NCBI RefSeq assembly: GCF_048593235.1
Contig: NC_133622.1
Span: 179,738,001 to 179,802,000 of the forward strand
DNA: 64,000 bases
From: Sminthopsis crassicaudata
Taxonomy: Eukaryota
Reading direction: 5' to 3'
Shown: positions 25,345 to 38,735 of the stretch, piece by piece
Numbering within the stretch: the first letter of the stretch is position 1
Layout of the letters: every line of letters begins with the position of its first letter
The notes under the pieces: model-generated
Told to the model about the DNA's origin: nothing
The model's input: the letters and a program-made list of their open reading frames with translations, nothing else
Database searches by the model: none
Position numbers and translations under genes: made by a program

Positions 25345-26347
25345 CATTCCGCATTTAATAAATAGTCAAAGGAAATGAACAGGCAATTTTCAGATGAAGA
25401 AATGAAAGCTATCTATAGTCATATGAAACAATACTCTAAATCACTATCGGAGAAATGAAAATTAAAACAACTACCTTATACCTATCAGACTGGCTAAAAT
25501 GAAAGCAAAAGAAAATAATAAATGTTGGAAAAGGTATGGGAAAACTGGAACATGAATACATTACTGGGGAAACTGTGAAATGATCCAACCATTCTGGAAA
25601 GCAATTTGGAACTATGCCCAGAAAGCTATCAAACTGTGCATACCCTTTGAACCAGTAATGTTGCCACTGGGCTTGTATCCCAAAGAGAAAATTAAAAGGG
25701 GGAAAGGACCCACATGTTTGCAACAACTCTTTTTTGTAGTGGCAAGGAACTGGAAACTGAGTGGTTGCCCATCAGTTGGGGAATGGCTGAATAAGTTATG
25801 GTATATGTACGTAATGAAATATTATTCTTCTATAAGAAATGATCAGGAAGATGATTTCAGAAAGGCCTGGAGAGACTTACATGAACTGATGCTAACTGAA
25901 GTGAGAATCAAGAGAACATCGTATACAGCAATAATAGCAAGATTATGTGATGATCAATCTGATGGATGTGGTTATTTTCAACAGTGAGGTAATTCAGGCC
26001 AATTCCAATGATCTTGTGATGGAGAGAGCCATCTGAACACAGAGAGAATGTGGGAACTGAATGTAGATCACAATATAGCATATTTTCACCTTTGTTGTTG
26101 TTTGCTTGCTTTTTTGCTTTCTCATTTTTCCTCCTTTTTGATCTGATTTTTCTTGTATAGCATGAAAATTGTGCTAATATGTATAGAAGAACTGCAAATG
26201 TTTAACAAAAATTGAATTACTTGCTGTCTAGTAGAGGGGTGGGGGAAGAGAGGGAGAAAAAATTTGGAACATAAAGGTTTTGTGAAAGGGTGAATGTTGA
26301 AAACTATCTTTGCACATATTTTGAAAATAAAAAGCTATTTAAAAAAG
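25345..26347 (+). mobile_element. 5'-truncated marsupial L1 (ORF2 C-terminus plus 3' UTR)
   Basis: ORF 25580-25987 is the L1 ORF2 tail (QPFWKAIWNYAQKAIKLCIPF); AATAAA near 26326; possible 8-bp TSD atacaaat at 25337 and 26348. Confidence 0.9.
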
Positions 26348-26439
26348 ATACAAATGTGAATATATGTAATATATGAAGACATCTAATTAACTATCAAAAA
26401 CTAGGCAACCTGCATTTCTTTTTTTTAGAATTATAGGTA

Positions 26440-27250
26440 GTTAAATGACAACTTAACCAAACCCCTGCTCAATATTTTCTCTTACTATTGAGGGCACCAT
26501 CATTCTCTCTGTCCATTAGACTTGCAATGTGAGTCTGCCTGAAATCTGCACTCTCTCTCACTATATCCAAATTATCATCAAGGCCTTGTGGCTTTGTTTT
26601 TATAACATCTCTTGAAGATGTCTCCTTCTCTCCCCTGACACAAGTTCCCTCCACATACCTCTCCCAACCATCTTCACCTCACATCTGGACTACTGCAATA
26701 ACTACTAGTGGTATGCCAGCCTTAAGTCTCTCCTGAATCCAATCCACCTTCCAAATGACTTATAAAAAATAGTTTTTGTAAAGTGTAGGTCAGAACATGT
26801 TATTCTCTTGCTCAATAAATTCTAGTGGTTCCCTAATATCTCCAGGATCAAACAAAATCCTTTTGGTAACGAAAGCCCTTTCTAACCTGTTCTCACTCTG
26901 CCTTTCCAGTTTTTTAATACCTTACTTTTCCTGCCAGGTACTCTTTGATCCAGTGATAGCATATGATGAGCAGTGATAGCATATGATGAGCACTCAATAA
27001 ATGTCTGCTGGGAAAACAATCCCACCTGTATAGGAAGTCTTTCCTAATCTTTGTAATTATAGTGCCATCCCTCTGTATACTTCCAATTTATCTTGTGCAT
27101 ATGTGTAATACACAGCTATCTGCATGTCCTCTCTCCCATGAGATGGTGAACCCTTGTGAAGCAGAGACTGGCCATTGTCTTTCTTTGTATCACCAATGCT
27201 TAGAATAGGCACCTAACACATAGAAGATACTCCATAAATGTTTTTGACTG
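26440..27250 (+). mobile_element. L2 3' fragment containing a 20-bp tandem duplication
   Basis: ctggactactgcaata L2 hallmark; cagtgatagcatatgatgag x2 at 26951-26990. Confidence 0.7.
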
Positions 27251-27929
27251 ACAAACTTCCCATGTACTATACATTTTTTGAAGAGTCTTTGTCATGATCT
27301 GTGCTTAGTATGATTACACTGAAATTACATCAATATATAGGAGTGTCTAAAAAAAGGCAACTACAAATGAACTTGCCATTAATAGGGAATCCACCTATGC
27401 AGCCTGGAAGACAAATCTTCAGGCAAAGTCCTTTGGTTTAAAAGTAAATAAAACAGTGAAGGGGAAGAGAAACCAAAAGATATTTAGATCTGTATTAAAG
27501 ATATCCCCAGGTGAGAAAGGGGAATGTGGCAATCATCAATGAATATCTTCTCTTATTCCAACATCAAGTGGCTTGCTGCAATCTGGAAACAGGAGCCACT
27601 GAGACTTTTGACAAGGGCAGTGACATGAAGATTCTGAGACACAAATGAAGAACTGATTCAATAGTTTTCAAACACCTATGGTGTGTGTCTAAAGAGAAGG
27701 CCAAACTGTCAAGACTCAGCAAATAGATATGAGTAGTAAGGGTGAAGGAACAATTGAGGATATCTGAGATTTTGTAACATTTTATTATTTGTTCAAATAG
27801 AAGTACAAAAGTTAGGAAGAGTGAATTTGGTAGGAATAATAGGAACTGATTCATCTTTTCTGAAAAACAACTTAGAAATGTATTCATTATTAAGTACTGT
27901 ATATAAAACAGCTGGAATAATAATTAATG

Positions 27930-29560
27930 GGTATTTTGATTCAATCAATCAATATGTATTAAATATCTATTATATGCCAGGCACTGTGCTAAGTACTAGG
28001 GACACAATGAGGCCAAAAATAGTCTCTATCATCAAGACACAATTTGATGGGGGAGACAACATACACATATGGACAACAAAATGAGTTCTATAGAGGATAA
28101 ATAGAAAGTAATTGAAAGGGAAACAGTGGAAATAAGACGACTAGGGAAAGTTTCCTACAGAAAAGGGGATTTTAGTTGGGATTTAAAAAGGAAGGCAGAG
28201 AGATCAGGAGTCAAGCAAAGGAGGTAGAACATTCCAGGTTAATGGGGAACATCCAGAAGAATTATCTGGAGGCAAGAGATTATATAAGGGAGTAAGTTGT
28301 AAGAAGACTGAAAAGGTAGGAAGGGATTGGATATTTTGCTTTTGCACAGAAATTTATTTTGTAGAGGGATAATAGGAAGCCCTGAGCTTTAGGAAAATCA
28401 CTTTAGTGGCTGAATGGAGTTTAGATGGAGTGAGTTCAAGCAGATCCACCCACCAATCAGTACAAAAGTCTTAAATGTGAGGTGATGAGAGCTTGTACCA
28501 GTTGGGGGCAAAGTCAGAGGAGAAAAGGGGATATGTTTGAGTGATGCTGCAAAGGTAAAATTAGTAGATCTTGGTAACAATTTGAAGAGAGATAAAGAAT
28601 CCAGGATGTCTCCCTAGATCGCAAGACTAAGGGACTAGAAACATGGTAATGCCCTCAAAAATGATAAGGAAGACAGGAAAGTGAGGAGCTTAGGGGAAAA
28701 GATGATTCAGATATGTTAGTTTAAGATGTCTACTGGGCATCCAGTTTGAGATGTGAGATTGGAGATCAGCTGAGAGTTTAGGGCAGAAGAGAAAAATTTG
28801 AGAATCATTAGCAGAAAGACAGTCATTAAATCCACAGCTTTTAAAATCAGCAAGCAAATTGAACTCTGAGGGAAGGGTCATTTATGATTAGAGAGTGTGA
28901 TCTAGATAAGGGTGTAGCAAAAGAGACAAAGGAGTGATCAGATAGGCAGGAGAACCAGGAAAAAGTGGTGTCCTGAAAACCTAGACAGAAAAGAGTATGA
29001 AGGAGAAGAAAATGATTAACAGTGTCAAAGGTTGCAGAGAGACTGAGTGGAATGAATATTAAGAAAAGGCTACGAAATCTGGCAACTAAAAGATAATTTA
29101 ACTTTGGAGAGGGCAGTTTCAGTAGAATGATAAGATCATAAACCAGAAGAAAATGGAAGGGACTAAAAATAAGAGTGGAGATAAATGGAGAGTAATTTAT
29201 TGAAAGAGACAGGATTGAATGGGATCACTTTTACAGGTAGAAGAGTTAGCCTTGGTAAGGAATAAGTCCATTTCATCATGTAAATCAGAAATGAAGAAGA
29301 GTGTCGAAGAAGGAATCTGAGTAAAGGAAGAAGAAGAGGGGAAAAGACAAAACTCATGCTAGATGGCCTCATTTTCTTTTTCTGTAAAAATGAAGCAGGA
29401 TTCTCAGCTAAGAGAAAGAATAAGGGGAGGACTAAGGAGGGATGAGAAGGTTCTGAAAAGCCAAAGTAGAGAGTTGGAAAGTGATTTGATAAGGGAAGTA
29501 TAATAGGATTGCCTAATAGCAATAAGGGACCAGATGAGTTTGTGAAACAGTCAGAATTGT
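27930..29560 (-). mobile_element. Long L2 fragment
   Basis: Begins caatcaatcaatatgtattaaatatctattatatgccaggcactgtgctaag (reverse L2 3' end), followed by purine-rich L2 body. Confidence 0.75.
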
Positions 29561-29609
29561 TGTGTGATTTAATCAAACATTATATAGGAAAAGAGATATG
29601 ATTATTTAT

Positions 29610-29700
29610 ATCTATACAAAGATTATATATTATGTATATAGATAGATAGATATAGATACATATATATGTATATAGATATATACATACAAAGAGATATGTC
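29610..29700. repeat. (TA)/(TAGA) low-complexity repeat
   Basis: Read directly. Confidence 0.85.
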
Positions 29701-30919
29701 AATGCAAGCAGGATATATTTCAAGGATAGTGACACCTTCTTTAAAGGTAAAAGGCAAACCAATAATAATCCCAGAATCTGAGAATTTGAAAGGACTTCAG
29801 TGATTAAAAGCAGAATACATTGGGATTATCACTAAAACCAATTATCTTTCCTAATGTAGCTCAAGATGGTATTAGCTTTGGAGACTGCCACATCACACAG
29901 CTGACTCATACTTAATTTATAGGTCCCTAAAAAACTCCAGATCATTTTCAGAGCAATTCTCCATTCAGGTCTCCCTCATTTCACTATTATGGATCCTTAA
30001 AAAAAAATTTTTTTTTTAAATCTTAGAAAATGCAATACAATGCTTTAGCCAAAGAAGATTTCTTGGGATACTGACTCATCCAGTATCATAGCAGCTCCTC
30101 TCAGTTTGGGATCATTTGTAAATGTGATAGCAAATGATATTAGAATTAGTAAAATCATTTTCTGGTCCATGGGACACTCCACTTAATAGTGTCTCATGGA
30201 AAAGAACAGAGAGACTTCTGTTTTGTAGTAGCCCAGCAGCACCGTGGGTATCTCTTTGTACAAAGCTTTTTCTTGTACCTAGATCTAAAAAAACAAATTG
30301 CTAGTTTGATTGGGGGTGAGGAGATGGGAGGGGGAGAAATCAGGACAGGAAGGGGAATCTAAGAAACAATCATAGCTATTGTTTCTGTTTCTAACCCAGT
30401 ATTTCCTCTTCATTGAATGTAACCCACACATGTACACTAAGAGCATGTCTTTGGCTTTATTCCAATTATTCACTTCAAAATTTTTCTGTGGTAGAATGGA
30501 AGACTATAGAATTTGGAATATATAGGGCTTGAGTTCAAATTCCCACTCTATTTTCTACCTGTGTGAACAAAATCAGTCACACGTCCCCACTATGGCTCTT
30601 GGTTTCCCCATGTGTAAAACAAGAAAGCTGGCCCAGTTCTCTATCAATGATCCATGATGAAGGGAGGGAGAAGAATGGAGAGGAGATATTCTTTATTTCT
30701 TTTTGTCCTTGATATAACTGAAGATTTTTAAAGCTCTTTCGCTTTTTAAAAAGTCTGTATATTTTCAGACCAAAATAGTTTGTCCAAATATGACAATATA
30801 TATAAAAACAAACGCAGATAAGGTAAAAGTTTAAAAAAAAATCACAGAAGACATAAGCAAGTTGCCATGTCTCAGGTTTAGATCCCACTTAATTATTTTC
30901 ATGTTAAATTACTGTTAGT

Positions 30920-31870
30920 TGCTTTTAAAATGCTTCAGTATTGTTCTAAGCACTATTTTAAATGCTACATACATAACAGGTTAGGTACCCAACATGCAGA
31001 AGCAAATCAACAGAGTACCACAGTACCCAACAAACCCAAAGACTCCAGCTCCTATAATAAGGATTCTCAATTTTACAAAAATTCCTAAGAAAATTAGAAA
31101 GAGAGCTGGCAGGAATTAAGCCCAGACCAATGTTTCACATCTATATACCAAGATGAGCTCTAAATAGATTCATGGCTTAGATCTCAAAGGTACATATATC
31201 ATTAACAAAATAGAAAAGCAAAAATGAAAATACCTTTTGCAACTATGAATAGGAAAAGAGTTCCTAATTTAACAAAGAACAGAGGATGACAAAAAATAAA
31301 ATTAACAATTTTGCTTACATAAATTAAGAAGGATTTATACAAACAAAACCAAGTTAGTTAAAATTAGAAGGCCAACAGTTAAGTAGAATAAAGTCTTTGC
31401 AGAAAGCTTCTCCGAAAAAAATCTGAAATCTATGAGAAAATGACAGAAATACATCAGAAGACGTATTTTTCAATAAATAAATGGTCAAAGGTTATTAACA
31501 GGCAGTCCTCAAAGAGAAAAATATTCTAGCTATCAACAACCATTGCAAAAAATCTGAAATCATCTCTAGAGAAATGCAAATTAAAACTAATCTCACAAAG
31601 TCTCCAAAATTTTATCTCACATCAGATAGGCAAAGGCAAGGGAGAAAAAAGAGGGAAGGAAAGAGAGAAAGGAGTTGTTGAAAGTACTGTGGGAAGACAG
31701 GTACATTAGAGCAATACTGGAGCTCTGAATTGAGTCAATCCTTCTAGAAAGCAATCATAGTTGAGAAGTCACTAAACTTTTTTGTAATCCTTGACATCTC
31801 AAAGAGATTAAAGAAAGAAGATAAAGTCCCATATATAAAGAAACATTTACTAAGCATTAGATACAAACAG
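30920..31870 (+). mobile_element. Old L1 ORF2 fragment
   Basis: aataaatggtcaaaggttattaacaggcagt and gaaatgcaaattaaaac are L1 ORF2 hallmarks. Confidence 0.7.
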
Positions 31871-33016
31871 AAAAGCAGAGAGAACCCTATTCTCAAGGAA
31901 GACAACACATATTAGAGGTTTTAATGGCACAGTGGATGAAAAGGTCCTATGGTCCTTAGGTATATCTGACAAAGCAGATGGTAACACATCATTTTCCTTT
32001 TATTTCATTTCCAGTCATAAAACTAAATCAGTTTCTCACACTGAACCATTTCATAATACCAAAGACTGACTTTGGTATGGTGGTGAGAAAATTCTTTTCT
32101 GCATCTTCAGGAGCTGTGGCTGTGAGGAGATAAGGGAGGCAGGAAAAGTGGTCTAAGGAGCACAACTATTTCCAAGGCTATAGGAGATTTACATTTAAAA
32201 ATAACTTTTTCAAATGAATCTAAATATAAATCCTCACATTTTTATGTCTCTTTTTAGAGATGGGTGGGTGGTTAGGTTTTCTTAGAGTATTATTACATAC
32301 AAATAATAATCTCCCAAGCAGAAATATTTTGAAATCCAGTTAGATATTGTAAAATGTCAGTGTAAACACCTTCATTTTAACACTGTTATCATACACAAAA
32401 GAATCATTATAAATGCACAGTAACTTCATGATCCAGCAGGTAGCAGCAACAATATGAATGCCTAAAGAAGGATGAAGAAGAGAAAGACAGAGAAACTACA
32501 GAGAGATAGACTCAGAGACAGAGGGGATTGGGAGAGAGAAACCAAGTACTGGATCAATAGCTCTGAAATAATAAGCAAATCATAACAAGGGGACTCTAGG
32601 GCTTAGGGTGAGTTCTTGAAGGAGAATTCATAAAAAGACATGAAAAAGAAATGCATAGTACAGGCTCACCTAAGAAGCAGTTTCTAGTATTTTAAACTCT
32701 TTGAAGGTAGGGAATTAGGTCCTTAATTTAGGTCTTTACAAAGAGCCTAATACATAACCAGCACTGACAGTCAACAGCACCTATTTGGCCTCTCAGTAAG
32801 AATATAATTTGAATAAAGGAGTGTATGAAAAGGGTAGAGAAGTAATGTACATAAGCAGTTGGACTGAGTCAGAATTAACAGCTCTCCATGACTAGTAGGG
32901 ATGTTCTGTACCTGGTGACTGATTTGATGACCACAAATGGTTGTGGCTAGGTTCCACATTAGTAATCACTATTTCTCAACCTTTTAAGAACCATGAGTGG
33001 TTTTTTGCTTGTTTAA

Positions 33017-33030
33017 ACGCGCGCGCACAC

Positions 33031-33071
<41 letters not shown>
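33017..33071. repeat. (CG)n/(CA)n alternating purine-pyrimidine tract
   Basis: acgcgcgcgcacacacacgcacac...; 55 bp. Confidence 0.95.
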
Positions 33072-33074
<3 letters not shown>

Positions 33075-33374
33075 CGCAGATAGGAGCCTGAAAAATTACA
33101 AATGTTCAAGTTTAGCCTCTAAAATAAACTCTTTGCCAGTTTCTTCCTAATCGCCACATAGTGAATCTTCATAAGAAACCAGAGGCCTTAACTCACTAAT
33201 GAGGTGGGAGAAAAGAGAGAAGGGAACATTGCTGGATAAAGAGCAAGACTTATTCCAAAGGCGATCATGGCTACTTATTTCATTTACTACACTACTTATA
33301 TCTTAATTTCCCAAGTCAGCTCCAAACTTTGGGCTTTTTTTTTTTTTTTTGGGGGGGGGGGTTGTTTGGATATG

Positions 33375-34345
33375 ACTTTTATTTTTTTTAAATTATTATT
33401 AAAGCTTTTTACTTACAAAACACATGCATGGGTAATTTTTTCAACACTGACCCTTGCACAAACCTTTTATTTCAATTTTTCCCCTCTTTCCCCCACCCCC
33501 TTCCCTAGCTGGCAGGTAGTCCAATACATGTTAAATATTTTGAAATATATGTTATATCCAATATATGTATACGTATCTATACAGTTATCTTGTTGCACAA
33601 GAAAAATCAGATCAAGATGGAACAAGAAGGAAGAAAAAGAAAAACTAAGAAAAAAAAAAACAAAATGCAAACAAATAACAACAGAGAGCGAAAATGCTAT
33701 GTTGTGTTCCACACTCAGTTCCTACAGTTCTCTCTCTGGGTGTAGATCAAGTGGAACTGGTTTGAATCATCTCATTGTTGAAGAGAGCCACGTGTTCTCT
33801 ATACGATGAATTGATCATCGTATAGTACTATTATTGAAGTGTATAATGATCTCCTTGTTCTGCTCATTTCACTTAGCATCAGTTCATGTAACTCTCTCCA
33901 GGCCTTTCTAACATCATCCTACTGATCGTTTCTTATAGAACAGTAATATTCCCTTACATTCATATACCATAGCTTATTCAGCTATTCTCCAACTGATGGG
34001 CATCCACTCAATTTCCAGTTTCTAGCCACTACAAAAAGGGCTGCCACAAACATTTTTGCACATATGGGTCCCTTTCTCTTCTTTAAGATCTCTTTGGGAT
34101 ACAAAGCCAATAGAAACACTGCTGGATCAAAGGATATGCAGTTTGATAATTTTTTGAGCATAATTCCCAAACTGCTCTCCAGAATCTGTTCACAGTTCCA
34201 CCAACAATGTATCAGTGTCCCAGTTTTCCCATATCCCCTCTAACATTGGTCATTATCTTTTCCTGTCATCTTAGTCAATCTGACAGGTGTGTAGTGGTAT
34301 CTCAGAGTTGTCTTAATTTGCATTTCTCTGATCAATAGTGATTTA
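33375..34345 (-). mobile_element. 5'-truncated marsupial L1 (sense to TNKS)
   Basis: The reverse ORF KKRKGPICAKMFVAALFVVARNWKLSGCPSVGE belongs to the same family as the plus-strand copies. Confidence 0.9.
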
Positions 34346-34875
34346 GCTCTAAACTCTTTGAAAAAAGAAAGTCCTGACTCATTCTATCCAGAGTACCTAA
34401 TATAGGGTCTTAGACTCAGAAGATATTCAAACAGAAATGACATAATTATTAACTAACATAAAATAAACATAAACCACTTGTTAACAGATACTGATACTGC
34501 TAAAGTACCACTATGGGGTACGGGGATCCAGCAATAGTTGGCACTTAAATGTATGATGGGGTTTATCAGCCAGAGACTCATGGCCTGAGTCTACAATTTT
34601 TAGTTTCCTGTTGCTTTTTTAGTCTAAATCAGAGCTTTTCAGATTAGTGGAGAAGTGGCTTTGAAATTGGAGCCAGCAAATGGACCTGAGGTCCAGCTCT
34701 GCAATTAAGTTCTATATGACATTAGAAAGTTCATTTAATTTTCTAGATCTTAGTTTCCTCATCTCTAAAATAGCTGGATAACCCAGATGATTTGAAACAA
34801 GAATTCTTTTCTGTGTTGTCAACCTGGTGGTGAAGCCTGTGGGCCCTAGACCCCTTCTAAGAATCATGATTTTTC

Positions 34876-35022
34876 GGGGCAGCTAGGTGGTGCAATGGAT
34901 AGAGCACCAGACTTGAATTCAGGAGGACCCCAGTTTAAATCTGGTCTCAGACACTTAATACTTCCTAGCTGTGTGACCCTGGGCAAGTCACTTAACCCCA
35001 GCCTCAAAAAAAAAAAAAAATC
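34876..35022 (+). mobile_element. WSINE1-type SINE inserted into a Charlie-like fragment
   Basis: 13-bp TSD aatcatga(t/c)tttt at 34862-34874 and 35023-35035; A-tail. Confidence 0.88.
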
Positions 35023-35866
35023 AATCATGACTTTTAAAGAATAAAATAAAATGCAGAGGATTAAAAAGGAAACCAATAATAGATAATTTCATTGATCCTT
35101 GGATAACAAACTCCTGATTTCAAAATATCCTTTCAAATTTAGATCATCTGTAAAGCTATGGCATTCATAAAGGTTTGGAAGTTCTACGTTTAAGGAAGTT
35201 TTAAGGACCAGAAATGCGAAATTTCACATGAACAAAATTTATTAAGTACTTCATAGATGCAAGGCTCTGGAGATATAGTGACAGCAATGAAGGCAAGGCA
35301 AGAAGGATCCATTTAGCTTTTGCTTTGTGCCAGGCAGTTTGCTAAATGCTGAGGGCACAAATATAAGTAATGAATGATGAGGAGACACAGATATGAAGTT
35401 TCTTATGTCTCTTCTATCTTTTCTCCATGAAACTTGGGTATTTATTTGCTGTACTATTTCTCCCTCAATTGCTTTCTTGAACTTTCTGATATCCAGAAAC
35501 TCATCATTCTATAATATGAAAACAAATGTGAAAATCACAGTTCTCTGACACTTCCTGCTCTGGGACCCCTACATCCCTCTGGATGGAGGTTCTTCACAAA
35601 CTCTGTGTTAAAGAGGTAGTACACTGGGATTGTATTTTATCCCTTTTCACCTCGCTGCTTTCCTGGATGTTATGATCTCTGGAAATTCATCATTTTATAA
35701 GACGAAATACATTCACTTCTTCAGATCATTTGCCACTTGGCTGTAAAACTTCATGCCAGGTAAACTCCTCTCCTTTCCATTCCTCCAGCATTCCCCTTCT
35801 CTTTCTTCTCCTGTCACTTTTACTCTTCTTATATGTATTGTCTTCTCTGATTAGACTGAGAGCTTT

Positions 35867-36654
35867 CAAAAAATTAACAAACTGTGAATACCCTTTGACC
35901 CAACAGTGTTACTACTGGGCTTATGTCCCAGAGAGATCTTAAAGGAGGAAAAGGGACCTATATGTGCCAAAATGTTTGTGGCAGCCCTCTTTGTAGTGGC
36001 TAGAAACTGGATAATGAGTGGATGTTCATCACTTAGAGAAAGGGCTGAATAAATTGTGGTATGTGAATGTTATGGAACATTATTGTTCTGTAAGAAATCA
36101 CCAGCAGGATGATTTCAAAGAGGCTTGGAGAGACCTACATGAACTGATGCTCAGTGAAATGAGTAGAACCAGGAGATCGTTGTATACTTCAACAACAAGA
36201 CTATATGATGATCAATTCTGATGGATATGGCCATCTTCAACAATGACAAGATTCAAACCAGTTCTAATTGTTCAGTAATGAAGAGAATCCTCTACACCCA
36301 GAAAGAGGATTTTGTGTGTGTGTGTGTTGTGTGTGGACCACAACATAGCATTTTCACTCTTTCTGTTATTGTTTGCTTGCATTTTTGTTTTCCCTCTCAG
36401 GTTTATTTTTTCTTTCTAGATCCAATTTTTTTTTATGCAGCAAGATAACTGCATAAATATGTATACATATTTTGGAAACATATATTTTAACATATTTAAC
36501 ATGTATTGGACTACCTGCCAGCTAAGGGAGGGGGTGGGGAAAAGGAGGGGAAAATTTGGAACAGAAGGTTTTTTACAAGGGTCAATGTTGAAAAATTACC
36601 CATGCATATGTTTTGCAAATAAGAAGCTATAAAAAAAAAAAAAAAAAAAAAAAA
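35867..36654 (+). mobile_element. 5'-truncated L1 with long poly(A), inserted into an L2 3' end
   Basis: Perfect 14-bp TSD agactgagagcttt at 35853-35866 and 36655-36668. Confidence 0.92.
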
Positions 36655-37609
36655 AGACTGAGAGCTTTGTGAAGGCAGGGTTTCCTTATGCCTTTCTTTG
36701 TATGCTTAGCACTTAGTATAGTGCTTGACATATAATAAGCACTTAAATGTTTTTTGACTAACTGAAACTGATTAAAATGAAACATAGATGAATTTGAGTT
36801 CTCCACTCTAAGGGATAGTACATGGAGAAGAGAGGAAAGAGAAGGACATATATAAGGGTCTACATACAGAAGCTGTCATCAAATTATTTCTTTTCATTTG
36901 CTTATAAGCTGTGTCCACTCCTGTTAGAAAAATAGAACCCTCAAACAGAAGACCTTAAGGCCCTAACATTAGCTAGCATATGAATTCAGAGTTCAGCAAA
37001 CAGAAGAGCAAAATTCTAGAGCCAATGATAAAAAGACTGGAAAGCAGAATGGAGGTCTCTTCCAGGGTTAAATGACCAGAGTCAGTTGGGAGAAGACATT
37101 GGAAGGCACAAAATAACTGTGGTTTTGTAATGCCCAGCTTTTCAAGAGAGGTACCCATTTTTAAAAAAATACATTATATTTACAAAAAATAATACTTTCA
37201 TTTGAACTGAAGTGCCTTAAAAGAAGCAAACAGGATCTGACTCTGCTTTGTACATATAGTGCTTTTCATGAAGAATGACTATTGAGAAAAACATTATAAA
37301 TGGCATAAAGTGAAAAGAATAATTCTTAGTCATTATCTTTAGAACATTAAAGGTAAGATAAATAATGTCTATGGGACACAAAGAGTAGAATAGTTAGCAT
37401 TATCTAATTAGATAATCACCAAGTTGAAAAGACAGAATTAGAGACTATTTAAAACTTATACTGTCACTATATAATCCCACTTTATTACATGAAAAGGGAT
37501 TTGAAAAACAAAAAAGCCCACACAATGCCACATAATTTTCTTGCCTACTATTTAATGTAGAAGGTGCATTTTGGGCCTATACCACTGAGAAATTGAAATT
37601 TATGCAGGT

Positions 37610-37669
37610 CTTTGTTATTTATCAAGCTCTGAGCCTGACAGCAACCTAGAGAGAATGACAGTGCTGTCA
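37610..37669. promoter_or_regulatory. Cluster of three TGACAG (MEIS/TGIF-type) motifs plus a SOX-like CTTTGTT in repeat-free intron
   Basis: TGACAG at 37636 and 37656, CTGTCA at 37664, CTTTGTT at 37610. Confidence 0.3.
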
Positions 37670-38579
37670 AGCGAAGGAACCAAGAAATGTGGGCATGGCC
37701 TTAACAGAACATTCACACTAATCAGTTAGAAAATCAACATATACATTCATGTGGATTCCATGCCACATCCTAAAAAAATGAAAAAAAAATTTAAGTGAAA
37801 CATCTTTTAATTTCAATGCACAATCTGTATTCCTAACTTTATATAATCTAAATGTAGAATTGGGGGGGGGGGGGAAACAACTTTGCAGTGAGACCTAGGA
37901 GGATGATACTCAATTTGGCAACTAGCTTTTATAGTAGTTTCATGATACAGACTTGATTGTAATATATAAACCAAACCAATTTCTAAATAGCAACATTATT
38001 CAATTAAAACTGTGAAATGGTGTTTAGCTTTTAGATATCGAGGGATGTTTCTGAATGATTTACCATATCATATGAATGTAAATAAAGTCTACTTAATATT
38101 TGGATTTAACTTTTTTTGTTTCCTATTCACTTTAAATTTTAGAGAAATAATAAGCTTAGCATACTTCTGGAGAATTATGATAGTATGCATAAACATATTA
38201 TGCACTGTTTAGTTTTGTATTAATATTTGAGGTATGCTATAAAATCAGAGTAAAGATAGCATTTGTCATTGTGGTATAAATGCCAAAAATAACTCAATAT
38301 AAAACATTCTTAATTATATACTGTTCCCTAAATGTTCGAAAAATTAGGGAAAAAAATGTAAAGGAAAATGGTTTTCTTCCATATTAACAATTTTTGTTTC
38401 TTAGAAAGGAAATTTATTCATTTGACAAAATCTGAGTGCTTCAGATATGGAAAATACAATGTGAAGTAAAATGTAACTCTATCTCTAAAGAGTTTCCAAT
38501 CTCCTAGAGGGGAGACAAGTAAGTATGATACAAGGGAGGTTGAAGTAGGGCTGACTAGTGTGGTCTGGTAGAGGAGATG

Positions 38580-38735
38580 NNNNNNNNNNNNNNNNNNNNN
38601 NNNNNNNNNNNNNNNNNNNNNNNNNNNNNNNNNNNNNNNNNNNNNNNNNNNNNNNNNNNNNNNNNNNNNNNNNNNNNNNNNNNNNNNNNNNNNNNNNNNN
38701 NNNNNNNNNNNNNNNNNNNNNNNNNNNNNNNNNNN
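38580..38735. other. Assembly gap (156 N)
   Basis: Read directly; followed by a polypurine tract to about 38860. Confidence 1.

Noticed and set aside
25580-25987. L1-like ORFs (also 33982, 36018, 52629, 62764, 11411) as host genes
   Set aside because: All translate the L1 ORF2 C-terminus from 5'-truncated, frameshifted copies; none can encode a functional ORF2.
33267-33809. Longest ungapped ORF (180 aa)
   Set aside because: It is the antisense reading of an L1 3' UTR plus homopolymer runs, with no protein-like composition.
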